From Zootoca vivipara (Eukaryota), in assembly GCF_963506605.1 (NCBI RefSeq), contig NC_083289.1:27838001-27902000 (forward strand): 64,000 nt of DNA, read 5' to 3'. The notes under the pieces were generated by a model. That model saw nothing but the letters and a program-made list of their open reading frames with translations. It searched no databases and was not told the origin of the DNA. Below, in pieces: positions 1 through 10,515 of this stretch (the first letter of the stretch is position 1; each line of letters opens with the position of its first letter). The position numbers and the translations under genes are program-made.

Positions 1-454
1 GGTGCCACCAGCAGATTCATGACACAACACTTCCTGACCCCAGATAGCCTTGCCCACAAGTGTCATGGAGATGTGGACTTGTGACAAAACAGATTCGTCC
101 ATTGCAGTGGTTGAACTAGATGACCCCTAGAGTCCCTTCCATCTCTACAATTCTACAAAGGGCAAATGAAAAGCAACAGGGTTACCCCCCTGACAGCACC
201 AGCGGTCTATAGGGTAACAAAGGAGGCTTCTGTCCCCCAAAGCACCCAAAAAACCAGACGGGTTGTGAGACAGAAATGCTGGTCTAGGCTCCTTGGGGAA
301 GACACCATAATTAACCCTAGGAGGGGGGACTTGTTAGGGTCAGTGGGAAAGGAAAGCTATTCTGCACTTGCTCAGAGGCACTCTGTCCTGACATATCACC
401 CTCATGTATTGTTCTTGACATGGAGCTTGATTGAGTCATTGATTCACTGCATCT

Positions 455-650
455 ATATCTCCAAGGAGCTCAAGGTGGCATACAGGGTTCTCCCCCTCTC
501 CATTTAATCCCCACAACAACCCTGTGAGGTAGGTTAGGCTGAGAGGCAGTGACTGGCCCAGGTCACCCAGTGAGCTTCATGGCTGAGTAGGGATTTGAAC
601 CCTGGCCTCTCAGGTCCTAGTCCAGCGCACTAACCACTACACCACACTGG
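455..650 (-). mobile_element. tRNA-derived CORE-SINE (MIR/Squam3-like)
   Basis: Reverse complement of GTGGTGTAGTGGTTAG...GGTTCAAATCC...GTGACC..GGCCAGTCAC..CTCAGCCTAACCTACCTCACAGGGTTGTTGTG; multiple copies in the window. Confidence 0.85.
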
Positions 651-1196
651 AAGCAACGTCCTCTTCTGCCCTACCCACAAAGCCGGCCCACGAAGAGCCA
701 AGCTGGCAAAGGACAGAACACATGAGAACACAAGAAGAGACGTCCTGCCTCCATGGAGGCAGAACATAGCCATTGTGGCTAGTAGCAACTGACAGCACTA
801 TTCTTGTCTCAATTTTTTTAACCCTTTCCACGTTGGTGGCAATCACTGCCTCTTGTGGGAGCCATGCCAGTGACTCTTCCTTTTGTCTATCACAGCAGGG
901 ATTAGGGAAAAGTTTGTTCACAAATGCCACAACCTTGCCAGCTGCTCTTAATCTTCCAAAGCAACATGGAGGGAGGGAAGGCAGGGGCGGCTGGCAGAAG
1001 AGCTTAATTGGCACATCTGTGGGTCATTGCTTCTGGAAAGGTCCTTGCCTCTAGGGAAGAAAGAGTCTCTCAGTTTGGAGAGAGGGGTCCTTCTGCTCCA
1101 GGGCACTCCTTGCCATGCCGATGTCCGCACTGGGCTCCTGAGCTTCCAGGTGCCAGTCAGGCCAGATGGCACAGGGTGGGTGAGGGAGTGTGAAGG

Positions 1197-1259
1197 TCAG
1201 CCTTGAGATGCCGGCGGAAGGAAGCCCTCCAGGAAAGCCACCAGCTCATCGGGGAGAAT
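1197..1259 (-). CDS. MESP1: MESP1 exon 2 (ILPDELVAFLEGFLPPASQG*)
   Basis: Long polypyrimidine tract then ttccag| acceptor, in phase with exon 1. The peptide resembles the recalled mammalian MESP1 C-terminus LLPGDVLALLETWMP, which identifies this paralog as MESP1. Confidence 0.85.
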   Translation of the reverse strand: MLPDELVAFLEGFLPPASQG

Positions 1260-1409
1260 CTGGAAAGAGAGGCAAGAGAGAGAAAGAGCAATGCAGGGGG
1301 TCAGCATCAGTCAAGGGCAGGTGGTCAGGGAGGGGGGCAGAAGGAGCGCTCTATTCTTGACTGTCCCCTGCTTTGCCTTATGCTCAGCTATCAACCAGGA
1401 AACTGAACA

Positions 1410-1585
1410 TCTGAGTTAGACCCACTGGTCAATCTAGCTCAGTATTGCCTGCACTGACTGGCAGCAGTTCTCCAGGGTTTCAAGCAGGGGTTCCCAGCCC
1501 TATCTGGAGATCCCATCGAGATTGAACTTGGAACCTTTTGCATGCAAAGTAGAAGCTCTAGCCCTGAACTGCGACGGCCCTTCCC
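1410..1585 (-). mobile_element. tRNA-Ala-headed SINE in MESP1 intron
   Basis: Reverse-complement match to the 54117 element. Confidence 0.7.
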
Positions 1586-1735
1586 ATTTTAAAGCTTTCC
1601 TTGAACCTGCCCAGGGGGAGCAGAGGATAGCCCGTCGGAAGGGCCGTTTCAGCTGGAGGAGGCCCAGAGCTGCATGCAGAAGGCCACATGCTCAAGGCAC
1701 TGGCCGGAGCTTGCTGCCCAGCTGTGGCTCGGGGG

Positions 1736-1878
1736 CACAGCTGTCAACCTTCCCTTTTTTGGCTGGAAATTCCCTTATTCCAGCGCCGTTTCCCGCTGCT
1801 ATCCTGGATTGTTAGATATACCGTAGTGTCCCCGGGAAATAAATCCCTTATTTTCAAATCCGAAAGTTGACAGCTATG
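1736..1878. mobile_element. Short hAT-type MITE (CATAGCTGTCAA TIR) in MESP1 intron
   Basis: CACAGCTGTCAAC...GTTGACAGCTATG; perfect 8-bp TSD CTCGGGGG. Confidence 0.88.
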
Positions 1879-1892
1879 CTCGGGGGACGTAC

Positions 1893-2588
1893 CTGCGAGG
1901 AAAGACCCAGCTCCGCGAGCTCCGCAGTCCAGGGCGGCTCTGTTCGTCCGCCTCCGTCGGTGGAGGACTCGGCAGGGGACCCGGTTCCGGAGCAGGACGG
2001 AGCCCCCAGCAGCCAAGGGGGCGACGGCGAGGCAGGGGAGCGGCAGCAGCAGGAGGCGTCGAGGGGGTCCTGCTCGAGGCAGCGAGACCAAGCTTGGGGA
2101 TCAGGCGCCGTCGGGGGGCGTCGGGCAGCGCGGGACAGCGCCTCCTCGCTGAGGCCCAGCTGCTCGGAGAGGTGCGCGATGTAGCGGCTGGCCAGGCGGA
2201 GTGTCTCGATCTTGGTTAGGCTCTGCCCAGCGGGCGCCACCGAGGCCGGCAGGTAGAGGCGCAGCGTGTGCAGGGCCTGGGCCAGGCGCCGCATGCGGTG
2301 CTTTTCGCGCTGGCTGGCGCTCTGGCGCTGCCCCAAGCCTAGCCGGGCCCGACGGCCGCTGCTGCTGCCGCCGCAGCCTTTTCTGGCCCCGAGGCCCGCG
2401 CTGCTCCAGGGGCAAGGCGGGGGCGAGAAGTTGCACGAGTCCGGAGAAGAGGCCGGCGAGGCGCTGCTGGAGCCGTCGGGCCAACCCCACGTCGTGTGCT
2501 GGGGCTGAGGCTGAAGCTGGCGGGCCCAGAAGGAGGGCAGCTCCAGAGCTGGGCTCCCGAGTGGGGCAGTGGGATAGCCGTGGGCCAT
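1893..2588 (-). CDS. MESP1: MESP1 exon 1 (bHLH transcription factor, mesoderm posterior protein 1)
   Basis: ATG at 2588 (GCCATGG), about 50 nt downstream of a CATAAA box. Encodes MAHGYP...WGWPD..SSASPASSPDS..QRQSASQREKHRMRRLAQALHTLRLYLPASVAPAGQSLTKIETLRLASRYIAHLS (Mesp-type bHLH). Phase-0 donor CAG|gtacgt at 1892. Confidence 0.9.
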
Positions 2589-2770
2589 GGCTGCAGGCGA
2601 GCTGGCTCTGGGAGGACGCCGAGGCGGCAGCCGGCCTTTATGCCGGCCCGAAGGTGTGAAGTGGCACCTCCGCGAAGCCCAGCGGCGCATCAAAGCCGGG
2701 CCCTTAGAAGGGGGGGGGATTACCACCTCGGCCGAGGGGGGTCCTGTTTGGGAACGTTGGGTACGCCCTT
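1900..2770. other. CpG island over MESP1 exon 1 and promoter
   Basis: Very GC-rich with dense CpG compared with the flanks (judged by eye). Confidence 0.8.
2637..2760 (-). promoter_or_regulatory. MESP1 proximal promoter (CATAAA, T-box palindrome, TCF/LEF site)
   Basis: CATAAA (minus) at 2637-2642; AGGTGTGAAGTGGCACCT at 2652-2669; CATCAAAG at about 2688-2695. Confidence 0.7.
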
Positions 2771-2911
2771 CCCTTCTCTAAGAGACCCTAATCCACCCGC
2801 AACAAGTTTCAGGAGAAAAGCAATGGCTTTTTCACGCAGTGCATAATTAAAACTGTGGAACTACCTCCCACAGGAGGCACTCCTGACCACCAACTTTCGT
2901 GGCTTTAAAAG

Positions 2912-3240
2912 AATAATAGAATCATAGAATTGCAGAGTTAGAAGGAACCCCCAAGGGTCCTCTAGTCCAACCCTCTGCACTGCGGGTATTTCAACCAAAG
3001 CATCCATGACAGATGGCCATCCAACCTCTGCTTAAAAACCTCCAAGGAAGGGGAGGCCACAACCTCCTGAGGGAGTCCGTTCCACTGGGTAGAACAACTC
3101 TTACCAACAGAAAGTTATTCCTAATGTTTCAATGGAATCTCCTTTCTTGTAACTTGAATCCATTGGTTTGGGTCCTAGCCTCTGGAGCAGACTTGCTCCG
3201 TCTTCCATGTGACAGCCCTTGAGATATTTGAAGATGGAAT
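2912..3240 (-). mobile_element. CR1 LINE 3' fragment
   Basis: ATCATAGAAT terminal repeats plus CR1 ORF2 3' end signature. Confidence 0.8.
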
Positions 3241-4231
3241 GGGATTTGCCGGAAGCCACCGGAGGGAAGCATGCTCTTGTGCTCGGGTCCTGCTAGCGGG
3301 CTTCCCGTAATAGGAGTCCAGCTGCCCAGTGGCCACTGTGAGAACAGGATGCTCTACTAAATGGGCCCTTGCTTCTTATGGGAGGTGAATGGGGCGCCTC
3401 AACTTGGGCAGGTGGGATGAGATATGAGTCTGACTGACAGGGAACAAAGGAAACCTCCTTGGCATTGGAAGGGGCTCCCAGGTGCCCAGGAAGCGCCCAA
3501 GGGCAGCAGGTGCTACATGCAAAGGCAGGCGTCAGGGTCTGCAGTAGCCCCCTGCCCCGCCACAGGCCAAGGACAAAATGAAGCCCCTCCTCAGTCAAAG
3601 GAGGACTAGATCAGCCTCCCTCTATCTGGTGCCCTCCAGAGTTTTCAGACTACGACTCACATCAGCTGGAGGGCGCCAGGTTAGGGAATCCCAGGCTTGG
3701 TTCAAGGACTGAGTCATGTGGTTTGTGCTCCCTGCCCCTAAGGAGGGTGATGCAAAGCAAATTCCCCTAGTTAGTAGTCAGTCTTTGGCGCATGTGATTT
3801 AGCCTTTGCTTTTTCAGGGTATAATCAGCATAAGCATCATTTGCCCTTCCAACACCCTTGCAAGGGAGGCCTCCCAGTGAGCTGTATGTGCATGGCACAC
3901 ACTAGGCCCCCAAGTCACTTATGTTCTGTTGTGGCTGGAAAATGCCTCCAGTGGCAGGAACCTGCGCTGTATCTAATCTAGCCTGAGGGCCTCAGTTGGG
4001 CAGTGCCAGGAGGGATGCCCCTCCAGAAGCCTCTCTTTACTCACTGGAAGGACCTACCAGCCACTAGCACATGGACTTCTCTGTAGTAGCCCCAATCACC
4101 CCTGCGTGTATAAATGCTCTCCCCCAAAGAGGCCCACCTGGAGCCAACCTTGCCATCAAGTAAATACATCTCTTGTGTTCTTGGGCAACACCAACAATAT
4201 TTGGATATATTTTAAAATCTGTTTCTGATCT

Positions 4232-4410
4232 AGTTACAGGTAGGTAGATGTGTTGGTCTGACGTAGTCGAAACAAAAAAATAAAAAAATGCCTTGCAGTA
4301 GCACCTTAGAGAGCAACTTCTTCAGAAGTGTGCATGCACATGAAAGCTCATACCAATGACAAACTTTGTTGGTCTCTAAGGTGCTACTGGAAGGATTTTT
4401 TTTTAAAAAA
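4232..4410. mobile_element. Penelope-like terminal fragment
   Basis: GTAG..GTGTTGGTCTG...GCACCTTAGAGA...GAAAGCTCAT...TCTCTAAGGTGCTAC pattern; the start is repeated at about 58594-58637. Confidence 0.55.
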
Positions 4411-4997
4411 ATGTTTCTAATCTGTTTTTGTCATATTATTATTGTATTTTCACCTTGGTTGTAAATCAGTTCAGGACTTCTTTATTGGGGAATAGCATAC
4501 CGATTTGTCAAACCAGAATCAGCCCTGACCTCAAGAATCAGGCCTCTTCTTATCCAGGGTACAGTTTCCCAGCCTGGAGACCTGGCACCACCAAGAGCCA
4601 GCGAGAGGCCTGAGGAATGTGCCCAGCAGGCCAGTCACACCCTCCCTCTAATGAGCTTTGGGTCCCCTCCTCTGCCAGCCAGCAGAGGAGCAGAAGGATG
4701 CCTGCTGGTTGCCCAGCTCACAGGGTAAAAAGGTTTGCCACTGGCATATGGGCACATGCACTCACTCAACCCACATCTTGAGGAGCACCAGGAGGAAGCA
4801 AAGCCACCTCCAACATACCCAAGGGTTCAAACTTCAGGTGGCAAACAGGGGAGAGAGAGAGAGAGCTGGAGTCTCCTTCCTCAAGGCTGTTGACTTGTTA
4901 GGAGTTTCCTTCAGTTTGAACATAGTCTCAGTTATTGCATAGTATTCATCCCCAGCCCAGATGGATGGATGCAGCTTGTTGGGAGGATGTGCAATGA

Positions 4998-4998
<1 letters not shown>

Positions 4999-5045
<47 letters not shown>
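4999..5045. repeat. (AAT)n microsatellite
   Basis: Directly visible. Confidence 0.95.
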
Positions 5046-5410
5046 TTATTTATACCCCACCCATCTGGCTGGGTTTCCCCAGCCACTCTGGGCGGCTTCC
5101 AACAGAAAAATAAAATAAAATAATTGATTAAACATTAAAAGCCTCCTTAAACAGGGCTGCCTTCAGATGTCCTCTAAAAGTCTGGTAGCTATTTTTCTTT
5201 TTGACATCTGGTGGGAGGGTGTTCCACAGGGCGGGTGCCACTACCGAGAAGGCCCTCTGCCTGGTTCCCTGTAACTTGGCTTCTCGCAGCGAGGGAACCG
5301 CCAGAAGGCCCTCGGCACTGGACCTCACTGTCCGGGCAGAGCGATGGAGGAGACGCTCCTTCAGGTATACTGGACCGAGGCTGTTTAGGGCCTTAAAGGT
5401 CAGCACCAGT
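5045..5410 (-). mobile_element. L2 LINE 3' end with (AAT)n tail
   Basis: Peptide LTFKALNSLGPVYLKERL...RAFSVVAPALWNTLP (L2 ORF2 C-terminus). Confidence 0.88.
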
Positions 5411-5558
5411 TCCTGGCCTCTCTGTGGAGTGAGATCTCATGATAATAGTGGCCATCAAGCCCCTCTGGGTGCGAGCCAGAGTGCGGGTGTCTGCAATACT
5501 CCAGGTGTGAGGTAGGGTGGGGCCCTTGGATCTATGAAGATTGAATCTTGAGCCCAAA

Positions 5559-5770
5559 CAGTGTGGTGTAGTGATTAGAGAACTGAACTAGGACCTGGGA
5601 AACCAGGGTTCAAATCCCTAGTCAGCTGTGAAACTCACGGGGTGGCCCTGGGCCAGCCACTGTCTCTCGCCACCTAACCTGCCTCACAGGGTTGTTGTGT
5701 GGATTAAACAAGTAGAGGAAGAACCATCTTGAGCTGCTTGGAAAAAAGTTGGGATAAAAATGCAGTAAAA
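5559..5770 (+). mobile_element. CORE-SINE copy
   Basis: Same consensus, with Pol III A and B boxes. Confidence 0.85.
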
Positions 5771-6690
5771 AAAATTAAACCTGTTGGAAATAGATGCATC
5801 TATAGCAATGTGGGAGTTATGTACACTAATTTTTATTTCTTTGTTAGGCGCAATCTTACCTCCTGTTTAGATGTAAGCTGTTAAATTAGGTTGGTTTATT
5901 TGTATTATTTTATGCAAATTTGTGTGGATTGATTTTATTTAAAAAATTATTTATTAATAGTTGATGTCATTCCTAATTTTTGCTAATCTACCTGTTGAAT
6001 TGCTATACTTGTTCCTTTGATATGTTATGAGCCGCTTTGAGAACAGTTTTGTGGGAAAGTGGGATTCAAATAAACGGATGATGGTGTTGGTGACTTTCCC
6101 TTGCAGGCTGGGTTTTCCCTTGCACTGAGTTTTCCAAACTGAGCAACACGCACACACTCTGCTCCCCCATTCCCAGCAGATTCTGCCTTGGGCCCTGGAC
6201 TAGGCTCTCGAGCCCACAGTCCCAGATCCCAGAGTGTGAAACAGCTGGATGGACTGCCGGGCAGGGGGGCAGCTTTCCCAGGCTCTGCCCAGGAGGCCCT
6301 TGACACCCCTGGTGTAAAGGTTGCCAGGGAAACCCAGCCTTGCCGTTCTGGGAAACAGACCTTTTGGGGAAAGATCCAGAGGGAACACAGAGCAAAGACA
6401 GCTTCCAAAATACTGACGTGGGCGAAGTGTGATGAGACAACAAGAGCGGAACCAAACACCAGCACACCTGGGCAAGCACTGGTGGGCTCAGGAGAGACCC
6501 CCATGCAAGTGTTGCATCCTGGGAGCAGGACGGGGGGGGTCCCTTGTGGAGGATGGAGCATAGAGCTGCTGCTGGTGGAGGCTGCTGCCAGATCAGGTAT
6601 CTGATGAGTGACAGCCCCCACCTGCACAGGAGGGATGAGCCCAACATGGAGGAGCAATGGCGAGCACCCTCTGGGGCACACCCTCTAGTA

Positions 6691-6932
6691 CAGGGGTCAG
6701 CAAACCTTTTCAGCAGGGGGCCGGTCCACTGTCCCTCAGACCTTGTAGGGGGCCGGAGTATATTTTGAAAAAACAATAATGAACTAATTCCTATGCCCTG
6801 CAAATAACCCAGAGATGCATTTTAAATAAAAGCACACATTCTACTCATGTAGATTCCCGGACTGTCCGCGGGCCGGATTTAGAAGGTGATTGGGCCGGAT
6901 CCGGCCCCCAGGCCTTAGTTTGCCTACCCATG
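6691..6932. mobile_element. hAT-Charlie-like non-autonomous element
   Basis: CAGGGGTCAGCAAAC...GTTTGCCTACCCATG; TSD CTCTAGTA/CTCTACTA. Confidence 0.85.
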
Positions 6933-7187
6933 CTCTACTACATGCAGAACACACCCACGGTTTGGGGGAAAAGGGGGATTGGGGACCCCTACCACATATG
7001 TATACAATCATGCCTGGTGTGGTGAAAGTGGATAGAGATTTTTTTCTCTCTCTCATAATCCCAGAGTCCAGTGGGATGATCCAATGATGCTGAATGTTAG
7101 CAGGTTTAGAGCAGAGGAAAATGGGGACCACTTCGCACAGCACAGAGGAGGACGGCTTTACTATCTGACAATTGTGCATTACTAGAA

Positions 7188-7400
7188 CTGGTGTGGTGTA
7201 GTAGTTATCGAGTGTTGGACTAAGAACTGGGAGAACAGGGTTCAAATCCCCACTTGGCCATCGACCTCACTGGGTGGCCCTGGTCCAGTCACTGCCTCTC
7301 AGCCTAACCTACCTCACAGGGTTGTTGTAGGGATTAAAGGAGGAGACCACCATGTACACTACTTTGAACTTCTTGGGATATAAATGAAAAATAAATAAAT
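7188..7400 (+). mobile_element. CORE-SINE copy
   Basis: Same consensus, with A-rich tail. Confidence 0.85.
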
Positions 7401-7569
7401 ACCCACCATGGGATCTTCTGGTGAAGGTCAGGACAAGGAATAATACGAATATATTTCTATGAATAAAAGTAATGGAACTGTGGAATTTGCTACCGTGACC
7501 AGCAGCATGGAGAGTCTTCAAGGGGCATTGGGAAAATTAATGTTGTCTTTAGTTAGTTAGTTATTTTTT

Positions 7570-7788
7570 TATTTTTTTTATTACTTTTATATCCCACCTC
7601 CCTTCCTCCAAGATGAAAGCATAGATCTCCTCTTCCCTATTTTAACTCACAACAACCCTGCGAGGCAGCTTAGGCTGAGAGTGAATGACTGAGCCAATGT
7701 CACCCAGGGAGCTTCATGGATGGGCAGGGATTTGAACCCTGGTCTACCAGGTCCTAGTCCAACACTCTAACCAATGCACTACCCTGGC
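7570..7788 (-). mobile_element. CORE-SINE copy (inverted relative to 7188-7400)
   Basis: Same consensus on the minus strand. Confidence 0.8.
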
Positions 7789-10339
7789 GCTCGTAGAATT
7801 GCAGGGTTGGAAGGCACCCCAAGGGCCATCTATAGCCCAACCCCCTGCAATGCAGGAATCGTGGCTAAGCTGTCAATCATGAAGGCTCTGTCATACCACC
7901 ACCAACAGGAACAGGAGGCACCCCCAGTGGCTGGGAAGCAACAGGAGATGGCTATAGCACATGTGTGGACTTAACTATTAGGTTGGCCACCATGAGCCCA
8001 GGATGCTGAACAAGGTGAGCTTTGGCTTTGTTCCAGCTGCAGGACTCTTCTGAATCCCTTCACTTTGGGCCTCTGCTGCCTGCCATTGCCAGGCAATCTG
8101 CCTCTGCCCTCCTGCAGCAGCAGGGCCCACGGATTCCCCCCTCCCCCTCCCCTTCACACCTTGAATATCATTAGCTGTTTTGCAGCTAAACTGATCCAAA
8201 GCTGGGATTGAAATCTGCCCAGGGGGCCTCTTCACACTTCCCCAGGTCCTTATTTGGACAAGTGGAGGAGAGAAGGTCTTCACACTCAGCCCTCTTGCCC
8301 TGAGAAACTGACCCACAAATAGATTTCCCAGCGCTTGGGGAAAGCTGCCAGAGATTGGGGTCCACAGGGTGGGAGGTGGTGTGGGAGAAAGCGGGGTGGG
8401 GGGGAGACGGACCCATACTCTGCAATGATCACTGCAATTCATCCCCGAATTGGGCATTCCAAGCTGCTCTTTATCTGAAAAACCTTGGATGTGCACATCC
8501 TTAGCTGTTCCTTAGCCTTAGTCTTTTCTATAATCAAAATGTATCTGCATTGCAGGGGGGTTGGACTAGATGACCCTTGAGGTCCCTTCCAGCTCTGCAG
8601 TTCTGTGACGACAAGGCCTCCCCAATTCAGCAGTGTCCAAACCCTGAATTTCCTTCTCTGTGTTAGTGGCTATACAGAACACCACAGCACAGGTGCCAAC
8701 TCCCTAGGCCCGTGGGTGCCCAGGCACCCACAAGATTCCCCATGAAGGGGCCAGGCACCCACAAATTTCAGTGCCAGGGCTGTGCATGCTCTTACATTCC
8801 ACAGCAGGTAGAGGAGAATCCAGCGGCTGAAAGACAAGGAGGCATGGGCATGTGCTCGCAGGAAGGCAGTGGAGAAGTCCTCTTTAACTTATTTTCATGT
8901 ATTTATTTGTTTCTTTATGAAAACATTTGTATACTGCTGTGTCATGAAAAATATATTGCAGCAGTTTACAGCAATAAAGCCATTTAAGGAAAAGTTAAAA
9001 ACAGACATCAGTTAACCTGGTGGAACAGATAGGTTTCCTGCAGGCATTTACATTTAAAAGTTGGCACAAAAGGCGCCTGCTGACTCACTAGTGGCAGAGA
9101 GTTCCACAGGACTGGACCTAAGAGCTCAGTTGCTTGTTGTTGCCAAACAAGCCTCGCCAATTTGAGGAGTGACCGATGATGCTCCTGCAGATGATCTCAG
9201 TGATCAAGCTGGGATATAAGGATTCAGGCAACCCCCAAGGTAACCTAGACCTGTTTCTCTCTGACCCCAGCACCAGGTGCTTCCCAATCAAAAAGATGGT
9301 GCTCCTATAGACAACAGCAACACCCCTGACTCAAACCCCCAGTCTGGCTTGGCGCATCACTGAAAAACCAGGTGGGCAGAGCTGGGTGACGTCAGATTCG
9401 CCCAGCTCCCTTGCCTAAGCCAGATCAGCCCGCTCATCCACAATCACAGAATTGTGGAGTTGGAAGGGACTATGAGGATCATCTAGCGCAACCCCCTGCA
9501 ATGCAGGAATCTTTTGCCCAACGTGGGGCTCGAACCGCAATGCTGAGATCAATCTATCCCAACATCAAATTGTGAATGAGCATGGATTTATTACAGATTG
9601 GTTTGGCATTCAGCAACAGCATCACCAGGCCAAAGGGCTTGGCAGATATGCTGCCAGTAACCTCTGGTGGAGTGAGAGGACTAGAACAAGGTATGGAGGC
9701 CAAACACTCAGGCCTCCTCCGCCCCAGATGGTGGTCAACCCCACCCTGCCCACCACCACCACCAGAATTGGGGCACCATCTTGAGCACTACCTGCTACCT
9801 GCCTGCCCAGAAGCATTAATTAACACACCGCCATTCACCTCCTAGGCAGCTGAAGGAAAGAAAGGCCCAGTACTACAGTATATGCATCCCACATGATGTT
9901 ACTCTCCTGAATGGACTGGGATACTGGGATACTTGAATACTATACAATGGGCTTTTCTCCATCTCCCATGAAGGCCATGCTGTCTGGGGCTGATAGGAGG
10001 GAACCAAGTTGGGGAAGGCAATTTCTCTCTCTCTCTCTGTCTCTGGATTTGTGGAACCTTCCTGGGGAGAGAAATCTACAGGTCCTGCAGCAAACAACTT
10101 TGCACATTTTGGGGTGCTGGGAAAGTAACTGCGGGAGGGAGCAGGATGGGTCTCATTGGAGACAGGTCAAGGTCCCCTCATATTTGCTGCCAGGGCAACT
10201 ACTCAGGAGCCCTGGCCAAGGAGGGGAGGCAGTATGAGCCAAGAGAGGCATGGAAAGAGAATTAGCAGCTGACAGGACTGTGTGAATTGCCTTCTGCACA
10301 CTTCCCAAGCCCAGGGTGGCAACAATCAGGAGCAGAGCA

Positions 10340-10470
10340 GCGAAAAGTCACACCTTTGCAAATGAGACGGCCTTTCCCACAGCTCCAGGGCTGGGGTCCC
10401 CCCTGTGGCCTTTGACCCCTCCCACAAACCTACGAGGTGCCACTTCACACCTCCCAGGGCAGCATAAAGA
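10340..10470 (+). promoter_or_regulatory. MESP2 proximal promoter / presomitic-mesoderm enhancer
   Basis: TCACACCT at 10348-10355; RBPJ-type TTTCCCACA at 10373-10381; AGGTGCCACTTCACACCT at 10435-10452; CATAAA at 10463-10468. Confidence 0.72.
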
Positions 10471-10515
10471 GGACCCCTCCCACGTCCAGGTCAAAGTGGC
10501 CACCGTCCTCCACTC

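Noticed and set aside
1-450. 3' end of WDR93 (MESP1 neighbour in mammals)
   Set aside because: No recognisable WDR93 peptide or clear exon is visible.
2185-2192. MESP1 helix-2 LASRYI instead of LAIRYI as a damaging change
   Set aside because: As I recall, small polar residues occur at this position in other sauropsid Mesp proteins, so I cannot call it unusual without an alignment.
2589-2726. N-terminal extension of the 290-aa MESP1 ORF in the track
   Set aside because: It starts at a non-ATG codon and runs through the CATAAA/T-box promoter. The ATG at 2588 has good context and a Mesp-like N-terminus.
6025-6803. Long overlapping ORFs (218 and 245 aa) as a third Mesp-like gene
   Set aside because: No bHLH or other domain; one ORF starts inside a hAT element. 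Consistent with chance ORFs in GC-rich DNA.
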